Shown piece by piece: positions 10,714-20,313 of a DNA stretch of 64,000 nucleotides. Within the stretch, counting starts at the first letter, position 1. Each line of letters opens with the position of its first letter. A program made the position numbers and the translations under genes. Origin of the DNA: Nitrospirota bacterium (GTDB lineage Bacteria; Nitrospirota; UBA9217); NCBI GenBank assembly GCA_963663225.1, contig OY760142.1:2464001-2528000 (forward strand), written 5' to 3'. The notes beneath the pieces are model-generated. The model did not search any database, was not told the DNA's origin, and saw nothing but the letters and a program-made list of their open reading frames with translations.

Positions 10714-11493
10714 TTAAGTTTCAATCAGGGACTTGATGTCCGATAGTTTTTCCTCCACAGCTTTTTTACCCCGCCGGAGCAGTTCTTTCGGTTTTGAAAG
10801 ATCGTGCAAGGCAATTCCCTTGGCATTGACCTGAATAACGGCGTCCGCCAGTTTTTCTTCTTCCCGTGCGTTTTTGGCTGCCCAAAGAGCCGACAGGTGC
10901 ATGGCAATTGTAAAGATCGTATCATACTGTTCTAATTCCAGGGCTTTATCATTAACATTCACCGCAATGACTTTGTCCACGCCTAATTCCTCGCGCACCG
11001 TTTTGACCGGTACCAGGCTTGCCACGCCTCCGTCGATTAGCATCTTTTTGTTGATTTCCGTGGGAGTAAAGATAATTGGCAGGCTGCAGCTTGCCTGGAC
11101 AGCTTTTGCCAGAGAGCCGCTGGTAATGCTGACTTTCTCTCCGGTGTGAAGATCAGCAGCGACGGCGGCAAAAGGAACAGTCAGGGAAGAAAACTTCTTG
11201 ACCGGCAGTATCCGCTCCATAAAATGAAAAATTCCTTCGCTGGACACTAGCCCTTTTTTGGGAAGAGTAAATTTCAGGAGGTTGTTCCAATTTGTTTTGA
11301 GTGCGATGCGCTTGATTTCAGAAATCGGCATGCCGGCGGCATACAAGGCGCCGACCATGCTGCCGACGCTGGTACCTGCGATCGCGCGAATGGGGATATT
11401 TTGACGTTCTAAAACGTCCAAAACCGCGATATGCGCTATACCGCGTGCGGCCCCACCGGAGAGCGCCAGCCCGAGTCCCGAGTGTTTCCTCAT
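10714..11493 (-). CDS. patatin-like phospholipase (RssA/NTE family)
   Basis: LSGGAARG, GTSVG nucleophile elbow, DGG catalytic motif. Confidence 0.92.
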   Translation of the reverse strand: MRKHSGLGLALSGGAARGIAHIAVLDVLERQNIPIRAIAGTSVGSMVGALYAAGMPISEIKRIALKTNWNNLLKFTLPKKGLVSSEGIFHFMERILPVKKFSSLTVPFAAVAADLHTGEKVSITSGSLAKAVQASCSLPIIFTPTEINKKMLIDGGVASLVPVKTVREELGVDKVIAVNVNDKALELEQYDTIFTIAMHLSALWAAKNAREEEKLADAVIQVNAKGIALHDLSKPKELLRRGKKAVEEKLSDIKSLIET

Positions 11494-11566
11494 TGCCCCG
11501 CAACCCTGTTCCAGCCTCTGCTACTGTTGTTGATATGCGGCACGAGGGATAGAAAATCAGGCATCT

Positions 11567-12169
11567 CTATTTTCCCGGGAACTTTTTCATTGCACTTTTG
11601 AGATGCATGCTCATGTCTTCGAAGGCATGAAGCATATCAAGGTACGTCGAAGATGCCAATGAGCAGCATTTTGCATTTACAAGACGCACTTCATGCAAGG
11701 TTGAAAATTCGATGGTCATACGGGCGATTGCATCGCTTACGGCAATAACGCTTTCTATGATTGCTTTTTCTCCGGTTACCGCTGCATCACCTGCTTTTTT
11801 GAGAGCGTCCTGAACGTTCGCGAACAATTGTTGAGCTTCGGTGATGGCCTTATCGGTAAACAACACGCTTCCCTTAATCCGTTTGCGGATATTTTCAATT
11901 AGGCGCATGGTGCTGGTTGCTATGCATTTGATGTGTGAGGGGACAACCAGCAGAGACCGTGCCTCTTCGTTTGTTGCCGCCATTTTTGCGAGAGACGCAA
12001 TAATCTGCACTTCTTTCGCCTGGATTTCCTGTGCGAGTTCATCTGCCTGGCTTAGGGATGAAAGTTTATTTTTTGAAAATGCATCTTCTGCAAGGCCTAC
12101 GAGTTCCCGTACTTTGTGCAACGTCAGGTACATATCATGCTTGATGTCTTTCAAACTTTGTTCCGCCAT
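11567..12169 (-). CDS. stand-alone PhoU-like domain protein (resembles the cytosolic tail of Na+/Pi cotransporters)
   Basis: All-helical, with two PhoU-like repeats. C-terminal HEVRL...C...YLDML..FE..H pattern. Strong AGGAGG SD. Confidence 0.65.
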   Translation of the reverse strand: MAEQSLKDIKHDMYLTLHKVRELVGLAEDAFSKNKLSSLSQADELAQEIQAKEVQIIASLAKMAATNEEARSLLVVPSHIKCIATSTMRLIENIRKRIKGSVLFTDKAITEAQQLFANVQDALKKAGDAAVTGEKAIIESVIAVSDAIARMTIEFSTLHEVRLVNAKCCSLASSTYLDMLHAFEDMSMHLKSAMKKFPGK

Positions 12170-12282
12170 GAATACATCCTCCTTCGTTTAACGTATCGGT
12201 AATAGAAATGCTGGTGTGCAAGTATACAGCAGAAAAATCGTCGTCATTTTAACATATTTTGATTATTTTCACAGGTTTTTTC

Positions 12283-12311
12283 TTGACTTCAGCAAAAGCC
12301 GCTGGTATAAC
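12283..12311 (+). promoter_or_regulatory. sigma70 promoter of the MgtE-domain/Nramp operon
   Basis: TTGACT-N17-TATAAC with extended TG. Confidence 0.65.
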
Positions 12312-12349
12312 CTGAACTATATCCATATCTCCTGTTTCTGGAGCTGGTC

Positions 12350-13615
12350 ATGCCTTTTTTTGCCGGAGAAATATTCGTTAGTGACGTTCATAAGAAGCCG
12401 GTGCTTGATCAGACCGGAGAGGAAATTGGAAGACTCAAAGACATTATTGTGGGCATTGGCGAACCCTTTCCTGCCGTTACCTTCCTTGTCGTCGCCTCCG
12501 GCACCAACCTGTACCTTCTTCCCTGGGACCGCGTCAATCTTTTCAGCAAACGCGTTATTACGGCCAATCTTCGGGCAAACGACCTTACGGCGACTTCACC
12601 CTCATCAAATGATATTCTGATCTGTCGGGACCTTCTGGACAAGCAGATAGTAGACATCAACGGCGCCAAACTGGTACGGGTCAATGATCTGGAACTCGGA
12701 GATGTAAACGGTAAACTCTGTCTTGTTGCAGCAGACATCGGTCTGAGAGGTCTGCTGCGCAGACTTGGTGTGGAAAAAAAAGGCGAGCAGCTGCTAGCCT
12801 TTTTAAAATATAAACTGCAGCATAAGCTTATTTCCTGGCATTATGTTCAAACCATCGAACCGAAAGTTGCACGGCTTACCTTGACGGTCTCCGGGAAAAA
12901 GGTCTCCAGCATGCATCCCGCTGACCTTGCAGAAATCATCAGCGAAGTGTCCCAGAAGGAGCGGACAGCTATATTCGGCACACTCGATGTCGATACGGCG
13001 GCCGAAGCCCTGCATGAGCTGGAACCGCGCGTTCAGGTGGATATTATCGACGATATGTCCAAGGAACGGGCGTCAGACATTTTGGAACGGATGCCGCCTG
13101 ACGAAGCAGCGGATGTGCTTGGCGATCTCCCCGAAGCCAAAGCACAGGAACTTATTAATCTCATGGAGAAGGAAGAAGCAGAGGACGTGCAGGAGCTTCT
13201 GGAGCATGAAGAAGACACCGCGGGCGGTCTTATGACCACCGAGTATCTTGCGTATCCTCCGGACATGACCGTAGAAGAGGCAATCAAAGAGCTTCGACTT
13301 GAAGCACCGGACGTGGAAACTATTTACTATCTCTACGTTCTGGACAAAGAAGAAAAGATTATAGGAGTGCTATCGCTCAAACATCTGATTCTTGCTTCAT
13401 CGCATACGCTCTTGGGCGATATTATGATTACCCCCCCCAAGACACTCCCCCTTGAAGCAGAGAAAAAAGATGTCGCAGAGTTTATTTCCAAGTATAATCT
13501 TCTTGCTGCTCCGGTGGTTGATGAAAACATGGTCCTAAAAGGGATTGTGACCGTGGATGATGTGCTGGATTTCCTCCTGCCGACGGCCTCCCGCAAGAAA
13601 CGACGAAAAAGGTAA
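12350..13615 (+). CDS. PRC-barrel + MgtE intracellular N-domain + CBS-pair protein (no TM domain)
   Basis: LLDKQIVDINGAKLVRVND, HPADLAEII, MPPDEAAD, TAGGLMT, GIVTVDD. Ends without a membrane region. Confidence 0.88.
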   Translation: MPFFAGEIFVSDVHKKPVLDQTGEEIGRLKDIIVGIGEPFPAVTFLVVASGTNLYLLPWDRVNLFSKRVITANLRANDLTATSPSSNDILICRDLLDKQIVDINGAKLVRVNDLELGDVNGKLCLVAADIGLRGLLRRLGVEKKGEQLLAFLKYKLQHKLISWHYVQTIEPKVARLTLTVSGKKVSSMHPADLAEIISEVSQKERTAIFGTLDVDTAAEALHELEPRVQVDIIDDMSKERASDILERMPPDEAADVLGDLPEAKAQELINLMEKEEAEDVQELLEHEEDTAGGLMTTEYLAYPPDMTVEEAIKELRLEAPDVETIYYLYVLDKEEKIIGVLSLKHLILASSHTLLGDIMITPPKTLPLEAEKKDVAEFISKYNLLAAPVVDENMVLKGIVTVDDVLDFLLPTASRKKRRKR

Positions 13616-13656
13616 TTGTTTGCAATACATTCCTAGAAGCACAAACACCGTATGTC

Positions 13657-14898
13657 TTGAAGAGGAAGAGTTTCGTGTTTGATCGTAAGAAAATACTTGT
13701 TTTTCTCTCCGTTCTGGGCCCTGGTATTATCACTGCCAATGTGGATAACGATGCCGGAGGCATTGCCACATATTCGGTCGCAGGCGCGCATTTCGGTTAT
13801 TCACTTTTGTGGACACTGATACCTATTACGGTTGCGCTGATCGTCGTCCAGGAGATGGTTGCACGCATGGGAGTAGTAACTGGCAAAACGTTAGCGGACC
13901 TCATCCGAGAAAATTTTGGTGTGAAAGCTACCTTTTTTCTCATGCTGAGTCTTCTCATCGCGGATATGGGGAACACCGTTGCCGAATTTGCCGGTTGGGC
14001 CTCAGCCATGGAAATATTTGGTGTGAGTAAGTATATCTCTGTGCCAATAGGTGCTTTTGCGGTCTGGCTCCTTGTCGTTAAAGGTACCTATCGGTTTGTA
14101 GAACGTATCTTTCTCATTGCCTGCACCGTTTTTTTAACGTATGTAGTCTCTGCTTTTTTGATCCGTCCGCCATGGGGCGAGATTCTGGTCAACACGGTAA
14201 AACCATCCTTCGATTTTAACCCGTCCTATCTCATGATGCTTATCGGCGTGGTTGGTACGACCATCGCCCCTTGGATGCAGTTTTATTTGCAGTCTGCCGT
14301 CGTGGAGAAAAATATTAAGGTGGAAAACTATGGTGTATCACGCATGGATGTTATTGTAGGCTGTATTATGACAGACGTGATAGCCTTTTTCATCATTGTT
14401 GCCTGTGCTGCAACTATGTTTGTAAACGGCATCAAAATAACCGATGCAAAAGACGCGGCGGTCGCACTTGCCCCTCTTGCAGGGTCTCACGCCTCGGTTC
14501 TGTTCGCAATCGGTCTTGCAAACGCGTCGCTTTTTGCCGCCTCAATCTTGCCGTTGGCAACAGCCTATTATGTATGTGAAGGCATGGGATGGGAGTCCGG
14601 AATTGATAAGAACTTTAAAACTGCGCCGCAATTTATGTGGCTGTACACCGGGATTATCGCTGTAGGGGCCTTGATTATCCTTATTCCCAATGCGCCATTG
14701 GTGCCTATCATGCTCATCTCGCAGGTGGTAAACGGCGTCATGTTGCCGTTCGTACTAATCTTTATGCTTTTGTTGATCAACAACAGGGATATTATGGGGG
14801 AATATGTTAATTCACGCTTCTTTAACGTCATCGCATGGGCAACTGTTGTAGTTATGGTAACATTGACGCTTGTTTTAGTGGTGACGTCCTTCCTGTGA
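13657..14898 (+). CDS. Nramp-related divalent cation (probably Mg2+, NRMT-type) transporter
   Basis: GPGII...DNDAGG in place of DPGN, QEMVARMG, GTTIAPW. About 11 TM segments. Confidence 0.85.
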   Translation: MKRKSFVFDRKKILVFLSVLGPGIITANVDNDAGGIATYSVAGAHFGYSLLWTLIPITVALIVVQEMVARMGVVTGKTLADLIRENFGVKATFFLMLSLLIADMGNTVAEFAGWASAMEIFGVSKYISVPIGAFAVWLLVVKGTYRFVERIFLIACTVFLTYVVSAFLIRPPWGEILVNTVKPSFDFNPSYLMMLIGVVGTTIAPWMQFYLQSAVVEKNIKVENYGVSRMDVIVGCIMTDVIAFFIIVACAATMFVNGIKITDAKDAAVALAPLAGSHASVLFAIGLANASLFAASILPLATAYYVCEGMGWESGIDKNFKTAPQFMWLYTGIIAVGALIILIPNAPLVPIMLISQVVNGVMLPFVLIFMLLLINNRDIMGEYVNSRFFNVIAWATVVVMVTLTLVLVVTSFL

Positions 14899-14908
14899 TC
14901 CGCATTCC

Positions 14909-15610
14909 CTATGGAGAAACGTTCTCATAAGAAATCACGTCCTTTACTCCTGCTTCCTTAAATCCTTTTAAACGCAACACGCAACTCTCGCATTTCCCAC
15001 ACGCCGTATCGCTGTTTTGGTAACAGCTCCAGGTGAGATGCAGCGGTGCACCCAGCGATGTGCCTGTCGTGACTATTTCCGATTTTTTCATGTGGATGAG
15101 AGGTGTAATGATGTCAATCTTGGTTTCCGGTTTGGTGCCGGTCTCAATGACTTTACTGAATGCCTGATAGAATATCTCCCGGCAATCGGGATATCCAGAA
15201 CTGTCTTCTTCAACAGCGCCGATGAATATTGCAGTGGCACCGATGACCTCCGCCCATGATACCGCGATGGACAGAAGGTGTGCGTTTCGAAAGGGAACAT
15301 ACGTCACCGGGATTGCATTTTTTTGAGTTTGCAGCGCAGCATGCTGAATGGTTGCCTCCGGAACGGAAATATTAGTGTCTGTGAGCGCCGACCCGCCAAT
15401 TACTTTTAAATGCTCAATGCTCACGATGAGCCGTTTTTCAGCCTTGTAAAAATCCGCAATATCGTTAAACGCGCGCAATTCGCGGGCTTCTGTTCTTTGA
15501 CCGTAATTGATATGCAGAAAGGCCGTTCGGTATCGTTCATGCGCAATTGCCGCTGCAACGCAGCTGTCCATGCCGCCGCTGACCAGAATGATGGCAAGAT
15601 CCTTTTTCAT
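14909..15610 (-). CDS. queC: 7-cyano-7-deazaguanine synthase
   Basis: SGGMDS, YVPFRN, GYPDCR, TWSCY...CGKCESC. Start at ATG 15610. Confidence 0.96.
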   Translation of the reverse strand: MKKDLAIILVSGGMDSCVAAAIAHERYRTAFLHINYGQRTEARELRAFNDIADFYKAEKRLIVSIEHLKVIGGSALTDTNISVPEATIQHAALQTQKNAIPVTYVPFRNAHLLSIAVSWAEVIGATAIFIGAVEEDSSGYPDCREIFYQAFSKVIETGTKPETKIDIITPLIHMKKSEIVTTGTSLGAPLHLTWSCYQNSDTACGKCESCVLRLKGFKEAGVKDVISYENVSP

Positions 15611-15813
15611 GTTCCAAGTGTACCAGTCTAGAGAGCAAAATTCCACTGCTTTTTCCTTCAGATGGAAAATCATTAGACTTTTATCCTTATATAAGATATG
15701 CTTCCTTTGTGGATTGAAGAGAGTGTTTCAGCTCTAATGCGAGTCTTGCATGCTTTTCTGAAAAACTGTTTTTTGCGTTCATCAGAAGAATAAGCGCAAG
15801 AAAGGACGTGATT

Positions 15814-16335
15814 ATGGAAGCAGAATTAAATCGAAAAGTTTTTGAAGATTTGAGTTATGGATTGTATATCGTTTCTTCTTTTAATGCAGATCGTTTGAAT
15901 GGGCAGATTATCAATGCCGCCATTCAGGTTACATCCGATCCGCCAAGAGTAGCAGTGATCATCAATAAAAAAAATCTGACTCATGAATATATTCTCGCAA
16001 GCAAAGCATTTGCCATATCCGTACTGGAGGAGACAGCGCCCTTGACTTTTTTCGGTCCATTTGGTTTTCGATCCGGCAGGGACATTAATAAATTTGCCAA
16101 AGTCCAGTTTAAAAAAGGAACTACCGGTTGCCCTCTGGTCATCGAACATACCCTTTCTGTTCTGGAGGCGAGGGTTATGGAGCAAATTGATTTGGGGACA
16201 CACACGATTTTCATCGGGGACACAGTGAGTTCCGAAGTCTTAAAGGACGGCAATCCGCTTAGTTATCAATACTATCGTGAAATCTTGAAAGGGAAATCGT
16301 CCATTAATAGCCCTACCTATATATCTGGAAACTAA
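15814..16335 (+). CDS. flavin reductase-like protein (resembles the N-domain of high-molecular-weight rubredoxin, without the rubredoxin domain)
   Basis: SYGLYIV, NGQIIN, FGFRSGRD.NKF, GTHTIFIG, Y.YY...KG...PTY. Confidence 0.82.
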   Translation: MEAELNRKVFEDLSYGLYIVSSFNADRLNGQIINAAIQVTSDPPRVAVIINKKNLTHEYILASKAFAISVLEETAPLTFFGPFGFRSGRDINKFAKVQFKKGTTGCPLVIEHTLSVLEARVMEQIDLGTHTIFIGDTVSSEVLKDGNPLSYQYYREILKGKSSINSPTYISGN

Positions 16336-16562
16336 TAGTGTGGCTTTGGCTGGGAAGATGATTGCTCGGGAAACAAAGTGAGCCGGTTCTTTTGTTTTGT
16401 CCGACCATTGCCGAATGCCTGCTTGCAACCACTATGACATAGAATCTCCGAGATTAATCAGAGAGGAATGCGGTAGATCGTGAGATGTCGCGTTAATCAA
16501 GGAAGGATTTCGCTGCTATCGGTAGAACACCACTGACTTTCGATGGCTCAAAAAAAATACTG

Positions 16563-17234
16563 TTAAGAAGTCAATTCGGCAAGCCGCTCAGCATTTTTTA
16601 TGATAAATTTCCCATCGCTATCGGTTACCAATCCGTCTTTTTTCAATTTGCTGAATGTTCTGATTGAAGTTTCAACAGTCGTACCGACCATATCCGCAAT
16701 GTCCTGCTTGGTCAGCCGCATGTCGATCAACATTCCTTCGGTCGTTTTCACTCCGACCTTGTCTGACAATTTAAGAAGAAGGGACGCTATCCGCGCTTCC
16801 ACTTTTTCAAGGGCGATATTTTTCAAAGAATCATGGGAATTTTTCATCCGGTCGCCAAGCCGAAGTGTGATGGAATACATGAAGTTTGGAAACTGATCAA
16901 TGAGACGGGCCAGATCTTGTCTGGATATTTTGATTACCTCGGTATCTTCCATCGCAACTGCATTGGCGGGGTAGGGAATATTTCGCAAAACAGCCACGCC
17001 GCCGAAAATATCCTGGGGAGAAATGATTTCGAGGATCAGTTCCTTGCCTTCATTCGAAAGTTTGGTAATTTTAACTTTTCCCTTCGCCACAATATAAAAC
17101 CATTCCGGCATGTCTCCTTCCGAAAAGATGTCTTCTTTTTTTCTAAACTCCGTTGTGCTGAGGTGAGGTTGAAGCCCTCTCAGCTCTTTATCGGTCAGAT
17201 TTTTAAAGAGGTCAATTTTTTTTAAATTTATCAT
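16563..17234 (-). CDS. Crp/Fnr family transcriptional regulator (no FNR cysteines)
   Basis: cNMP-binding fold (GKVKI.K...GKE, FG), HTH TKQDIADMVGTTVETSIR. Confidence 0.92.
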   Translation of the reverse strand: MINLKKIDLFKNLTDKELRGLQPHLSTTEFRKKEDIFSEGDMPEWFYIVAKGKVKITKLSNEGKELILEIISPQDIFGGVAVLRNIPYPANAVAMEDTEVIKISRQDLARLIDQFPNFMYSITLRLGDRMKNSHDSLKNIALEKVEARIASLLLKLSDKVGVKTTEGMLIDMRLTKQDIADMVGTTVETSIRTFSKLKKDGLVTDSDGKFIIKNAERLAELTS

Positions 17235-17273
17235 TTGTTGTTTACCGCACGTCCTGCCTATGTGGATTATGTG

Positions 17274-17903
17274 TCAGTAACCTTCTTTATTTCGAATGTT
17301 GATTTCATCCTGCAGCAATCTGTTGTAAATTTGAACCACCTGTTGTTCCGTGGAATCCGGCGTCCCCGTATTGTCGATAACATAATCTGCATATGCCCTT
17401 TTTTGCGCAAGAGGCATTTGGCTGCGTATTCTGGCTATGGCATGCGAGCGGGTAAACCCGTCACGCAGGAGAAGACGTGCTATCTGTTGCTCTTCCTCGG
17501 CATATACGACGACCGTTTTATCCATATTACGGTAATAACCTGTTTCAATAAGCAGGACTGCATCAAAGATGATTATCGCTGCGGGCTGTCGGTCGCGTAT
17601 ATGAGACACTTGGGCATGAAAGGAGTCAAAAACCTTCGGGTGCATACAGCGATTAAGCCATGCCCTTTTTTCAAGATCATTGAATACAATCTCTCCTAGT
17701 TTTCTACGATCAATGCATTTATCAGGGAGAAGAATGGCGGTTCCAAAATAATCTATCACCTCTTGGTTTGCAAGTTGACCGGGTTCTAAAAGTTCGTGTA
17801 CAATCCGGTCGGCATCAATAAGATGTGTGCCGAGTCTTTTGAATATCCTGGCAACGAGGCTTTTCCCGCTCGCAATGCCGCCGGTTAATCCTACTATAAG
17901 CAT
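17274..17903 (-). CDS. coaE: dephospho-CoA kinase
   Basis: GLTGGIASGKS, IDAD, DRRKLG, RIRSQM, ADYVIDN. Confidence 0.96.
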   Translation of the reverse strand: MLIVGLTGGIASGKSLVARIFKRLGTHLIDADRIVHELLEPGQLANQEVIDYFGTAILLPDKCIDRRKLGEIVFNDLEKRAWLNRCMHPKVFDSFHAQVSHIRDRQPAAIIIFDAVLLIETGYYRNMDKTVVVYAEEEQQIARLLLRDGFTRSHAIARIRSQMPLAQKRAYADYVIDNTGTPDSTEQQVVQIYNRLLQDEINIRNKEGY

Positions 17904-17972
17904 CGGCTTTCTCTTTCCTTATGCCCGGACATTAAAAAGGACATTGTACGGATGAATATATCTTCGGCTCAT

Positions 17973-18653
17973 TTATATCATTCGTATTAAGGTGACTACG
18001 GTATTGAATACCCAATAGAGCATCCAGAGACTTTTTATTATACCACCGGTAAGAAAAACGAGGTAGTCCATATTCTCCGCAAGATAAACATAAATAAGGA
18101 GTGCGGAGAAAAAAATATTGAACAAATAAATAAGCGGGTAGGAGAAAAAAACGCCGTATTCATGAATATCTGTTTGGTCAGTTTGGAGGAAGATCAAGGT
18201 TAGCACGAGGTGAAAAGCGAACGTGGAGCCGGACAAAAATACCAGTACAATGATTACTGCGTCTTGAAGATTCGCGCTGCGTGCGAGCCAGTACAGGATG
18301 AGCGCAAGAAAGGTATAAAGCGGAAAGAAGTAGGGAGCGAGGGTGATAATAAAATTCGATTTCGTTATGGTAACGCGTCCGCCTCTGTTGCTTGCATGGA
18401 TAGATTTGACGGATCCGCCGAAAAGTACGGCAAAGAATGCATGGGTAAGCTCATGCCCCACAACATACGTAAGAATTGGTTTCTTAAAAAGTATATGAGC
18501 AACCAGATATGCAAGGCAACCGGCTGAAAAATAATAAGGAGTGCTTAATTTATATTGAACAGTTAGAAGGGTGGATCCAAACTGCCAGGTAAATCCGATA
18601 CAAAACGGAGCAAGTGCAATGCCGAACATAATTTTGAGTATTTTTTTTGTCAT
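17973..18653 (-). CDS. membrane zinc metalloprotease, M50B-like
   Basis: Multi-TM protein with HELTH (HExxH), LAPYF and a downstream Asp (QTD). Confidence 0.7.
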   Translation of the reverse strand: MTKKILKIMFGIALAPFCIGFTWQFGSTLLTVQYKLSTPYYFSAGCLAYLVAHILFKKPILTYVVGHELTHAFFAVLFGGSVKSIHASNRGGRVTITKSNFIITLAPYFFPLYTFLALILYWLARSANLQDAVIIVLVFLSGSTFAFHLVLTLIFLQTDQTDIHEYGVFFSYPLIYLFNIFFSALLIYVYLAENMDYLVFLTGGIIKSLWMLYWVFNTVVTLIRMI

Positions 18654-18724
18654 CGTTTACGGTATAGAAAAATGAGACTGAATCTTTCGACGCTTTAGGC
18701 CGGCAATTTTGGTTTAGTGCCTTT

Positions 18725-19084
18725 TTACAGTAGATTTTCAAGAAGAAACCTGGCCAGGAGATCGGTATCGGACAGCTTGTCGAGCAGTTCTTTTTTCTCA
18801 CCTAAAAATCCCGGTTCGACGATATACGCTGTATCCTTATAGATGATTGAGTCCATGTAAATTTCAGCGCGGATGGCCCTGAGGTCCTTTTCCAGTCGGA
18901 TCTGACCGACAAAGTTATTGGGATCGGCGCTGTCGTCCGCTGTTTTCAGAAAACGAAACGCCGGTTCCAATTCAAAGGTAGGATTGTCCTTGGATATAAT
19001 GGTTATTTCATTGCCGATCAGTTTTATTTTCCCTTCACTGATCAAAGCATCAAGAATATTTTGAGAAAAGAAAAGTTTATGCAT
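18725..19084 (-). CDS. conserved hypothetical protein, RomY-like
   Basis: LFFSQ..LD, PAFRF, DP..FVG, AE.YMDS...AY.VEPGF, and C-terminal SDTDLLARFLLENL. Resembles the myxobacterial RomY family from memory. Confidence 0.5.
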   Translation of the reverse strand: MHKLFFSQNILDALISEGKIKLIGNEITIISKDNPTFELEPAFRFLKTADDSADPNNFVGQIRLEKDLRAIRAEIYMDSIIYKDTAYIVEPGFLGEKKELLDKLSDTDLLARFLLENLL

Positions 19085-19174
19085 ATCAAAAAAACCTTGA
19101 GGACAGCATCATCTGAACGTAGTGCTGGCATGCAGAATAAATAATTATATCCTGCAAGGCAGCATCCGCATCTG

Positions 19175-20272
19175 TTAAACGGTTCTCTGCATTTTTATGA
19201 GAACAAAAGCTGAGGCAATTGCAAAAAATATATTTGCAAGCCATGCAGCAAGAATCGGCGGCAAGTGTCCTGAATTGCCGAGCGATTGGCCGATGCCCAT
19301 CAGCGTCAGGTACGCAAAGGCAATAAGAACGGCAAAAGCGATTCCTTTTGCCGTGCCGCCGGATCTGACCTTATGAAATGAGAAAGGAATTGAAATCAGG
19401 ATGACCAGTAGACTTGCAAACGGAAACGCAAGCTTGCTGTGCAGCTCAACCTCGTATTTGCCAGCCTCGTATCCGCTTGATTTCAATCGTTTCACATAGT
19501 CCCACATTTCACCGAAGCTCATTTCCTCGGAATCTTTTACGATTATTCCCAGATCGTCAGGATTGTCCACAATATTGAAAATTTCATTGTCTGAATTTCT
19601 GGTGCGGACACTATCGTTTGTAATGGTGGTCGTACGGCTTTTTTTCAGTCGCCATACTCCCTGGTCCCAGATAAGACTTTCCGCGGTTATCCGCTCATGA
19701 ATGGAGAAGTCAGGGTTCAGCTTGTAAATATTCAGTCCGCGCATTTCCGTGCGGTTTGGAGATATCAGATCGATGTTCGCGATGCTGTTGTTCGGACCTC
19801 TGAGCCAGAGCTTTGATTGCTGGAACATGACCTGCTGCTGCTTTTTTTCAATTTCAACGGAGCGTATATACGTGGCCCGCGAGGTGCAAACCGGCATGAT
19901 AAATTCATTGTTAATAAAACCAAAAATTGACACTAAGAGTCCTCCGGCGAGGAGCGGGGATACAATTTTGAACAAACTCACTCCACCCGCCCGCATGGCA
20001 ATGATTTCACTGTGTCCTGAAAGATTACCGAGGGAAAGAAGGGCTCCGATGAGTGTGGCCATGGGAAGCGACATGGAAATCATGACCGGCATGCTGTAAA
20101 GAAAATAGCGTGCGACCTGCAGAAGCGTCGCGTGGTGTTTGATAAGTCTGTCTGCTTTCTGCAGGAATTCGACGCAAAGATATACTACAAGAATGCACAG
20201 TAGCACACCTGCAACCAGTGAAATAAATTCTTTAAAAATGTATTTGCTGATCAACGTCATACCGGTATCCAT
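19175..20272 (-). CDS. lptG: LPS export ABC permease LptG (start may be 20260)
   Basis: YjgP/YjgQ family motifs SEIIAMRAGGVSL, beta-jellyroll region, KLAFPF, PPILAAWLAN. Follows lptF. Confidence 0.9.
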   Translation of the reverse strand: MDTGMTLISKYIFKEFISLVAGVLLCILVVYLCVEFLQKADRLIKHHATLLQVARYFLYSMPVMISMSLPMATLIGALLSLGNLSGHSEIIAMRAGGVSLFKIVSPLLAGGLLVSIFGFINNEFIMPVCTSRATYIRSVEIEKKQQQVMFQQSKLWLRGPNNSIANIDLISPNRTEMRGLNIYKLNPDFSIHERITAESLIWDQGVWRLKKSRTTTITNDSVRTRNSDNEIFNIVDNPDDLGIIVKDSEEMSFGEMWDYVKRLKSSGYEAGKYEVELHSKLAFPFASLLVILISIPFSFHKVRSGGTAKGIAFAVLIAFAYLTLMGIGQSLGNSGHLPPILAAWLANIFFAIASAFVLIKMQRTV

Positions 20273-20313
20273 TTCTAAACAGGAGGCATTTGAAGCGGCT
20301 ATGCCTCGCCTGG

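Noticed and set aside
16336-16562. Imperfect direct repeat (TTAATCA...AGGA...CGGTAGA) in a convergent intergenic region
   Set aside because: Only two short degenerate copies, with no consistent structure or ORF.
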